From Eledone cirrhosa (Eukaryota): DNA of 64,000 nt. A program made the position numbers and the translations under genes. Below, one piece after another: positions 62,150-64,000 of the stretch; the stretch's first letter is position 1, and the number at the start of each line of letters is the position of its first letter. Location: the NCBI GenBank assembly GCA_964016885.1, contig OZ024740.1, positions 51,212,001-51,276,000 on the forward strand, given 5' to 3'. The notes under the pieces are model-generated. The model worked only from the letters and a program-made list of their open reading frames with translations. It was not told the DNA's origin and ran no database searches.

Positions 62150-64000
62150 TTCTACAGGTTCCCTCAACTTTGAATGCCCTGCATATCTTTATGCAGCTCT
62201 CATCCTTCATACACAGCACATGGCAATACCAAGCACAATACATCCAATCCCTTTTATGCCCAATTTTTCTCTCAGCCCATTTATACTTTGTTGTTCTTGC
62301 ACACTGCTATCACACACTCACTAGAGCAAGCTCATTTCATTTATTTCTAATCATTGCAGATTCTCTCCATTCAAGAACCAAGTCTTGCTTCAATGCAGTA
62401 TTATACCATCTGCCATTCACTGCAAAGGAGAACTCCTTTGTTACCAACAAAGGTAGTAGCTTCCTGAACATTTCCAACTAGTTCTCACCCTGGCTATTGT
62501 ACTTTCAGAACATGCACTTTTACTACTAATTGGGTCACCTACTCTCGGGTCTCAAATAATCATCCTCCCACACTTATTAATTTTTCATTATTTTTCCAAC
62601 CCCCACCCACTTATCAAATTTTGCTTATTTATCTACATTGAAATTTTATTTTAAGTGGTAGCATTCCTGAGACAATTAATTTTCTTTATACATTGAAAAA
62701 GTACATTTCTAGAAATGCCATACGCTATAAAATAAATAGGATGGGTTGGAGTTTCAATATATAAACTAAATGACTAATTCTGGTTTTTAAAACAAATCAA
62801 TGGAGACAACCTAGAAAAATGACCGCCCCACCCCCATTATTTGGGGCTTGAGAGTAGGTATTAGAAGTTGTCAATTATTTCTAGGGAGCCATCTGAGTAT
62901 TTGATAGAGCCTGTTTATGTGTACTCTTGCTACTTACTGCTCTTGTGCATCTGCCACATTTGAAATCTACATTCTTTCTTAGCCTGCCTGAGATCTCTTG
63001 TGTACCCATAGATTACATTTAGTACATTCATTTTTTTCCCACAAAGCACAACCATTTTCCTGATGGGATCAGTGCTCTGTCTTCTTTCTTACTTATTAGA
63101 ACTTTAGACTTTGCTAAATTCACTCTGAGTCCTTTCAATTCCAGGTTTTACTTCCACGTCTCTAATTTTGCCATGGATTCAACTATGAGAACTAAGTCAT
63201 CAACATATAGGGGTTTCCCTGGACAGCCAGTATTAAATTCCTCCATTGTGACTTGAAGGACTGATAACAGAACCTTGGGTATTCTATTGAAAGCTTTCTC
63301 CAAGTCAATAAATGCTAGGTAGAGTAGCTTGTGTTTAGCCAAGTACCTCTACTCTACCTTGTGTTTAGCCAAGTACTTCTACATCTGCCTCACAAGGAAG
63401 ATAGCATCAATAGTACCTATTTCCAGGGACAAAGCCAAACTGCATTTCATTCAGTTTAATTCTATCTTTAATCCATTATTCTATAACCCTTTCAGTAATT
63501 TCTATGACTCAATTCATCAAATCTGATACATCTATAGTCTCTTTTGTCCAGTGCATCTCCTTTGCACTTATAATAGTTGATAATGATGCTACACTAGTCA
63601 CTGGGCATGACTCCATCCTGTAATACAAGATCTACTATCTGTATGACAAACATGTAGCCCACAATCCTAGATGCTTTCAGTGTCTTGGCAACTATCTCCA
63701 ATGGTTCAACTGCCTTCCTTGTCTTACCTACCATACCACTACTAACCTGGATGGTTGCTCTTAGTTGGATCTACTTGGGAGAGGCCTTCCTACTCAAGTA
63801 TTTTCTTCATTCAATAGGCTCTTATAATGGCACTTACATACTTCTTGCTTTTTAGTGTTGAGGAAGGCAAATCATTTCAAATACACTTTTCCCCAACATC
63901 TTGATTTTTCCTAGCACACTGCCTAGCAATCTGGAACACCTCGAGACTATAGCTATAATTATTTAGTGTGGTGAGGACCAATAGAAAAGATTGTTTTGCA
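62150..64000 (-). mobile_element. Degenerate RTE LINE, runs off the window end
   Basis: LYLAFIDLEKAFNRIP and LYVDDLVL motifs. Confidence 0.75.
62542..62854. mobile_element. Tc1/pogo-type MITE nested in the RTE
   Basis: TIR ctctcgggtctcaaataat / attatttggggcttgagag with TA TSD; it splits the RTE YLGD codons. Confidence 0.75.

Overview
AT-rich, microsatellite- and transposon-dense eukaryotic genomic DNA. The SINE, RTE and microsatellite landscape suggests an octopod cephalopod, but this is an inference. One host gene spans most of the window on the minus strand and is missed by the ORF track because its exons are small. I assembled it by hand from GT-AG sites with consistent phases: ATG at 49662, 15 coding exons down to 9061 (440 codons), plus alternative terminal exons at 5989 and 1213. 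The product resembles TNIP1/ABIN-1: N-terminal ENxxLKxKLxG coiled coil, AHD1-like EISRLYNILE, and UBAN-like KQQLQIFQEDFKVEHEER. Unlike vertebrate ABIN-1 it carries a RanBP2/NZF zinc finger near the C-terminus. It also has 20- and 31-nt microexons and a candidate poison exon just upstream of the NZF module. The introns hold a near-complete but disabled RTE LINE with an internal PHD-like finger and a local inverted duplication of its 3' end. They also hold CR1-, Penelope- and CRE-type fragments, mariner derivatives, a Helitron, hAT- and piggyBac-like MITEs, two SINE families, a 2.3 kb TA-rich satellite and many hairpin or palindromic elements. Most ORFs in the track are artefacts or TE remnants.
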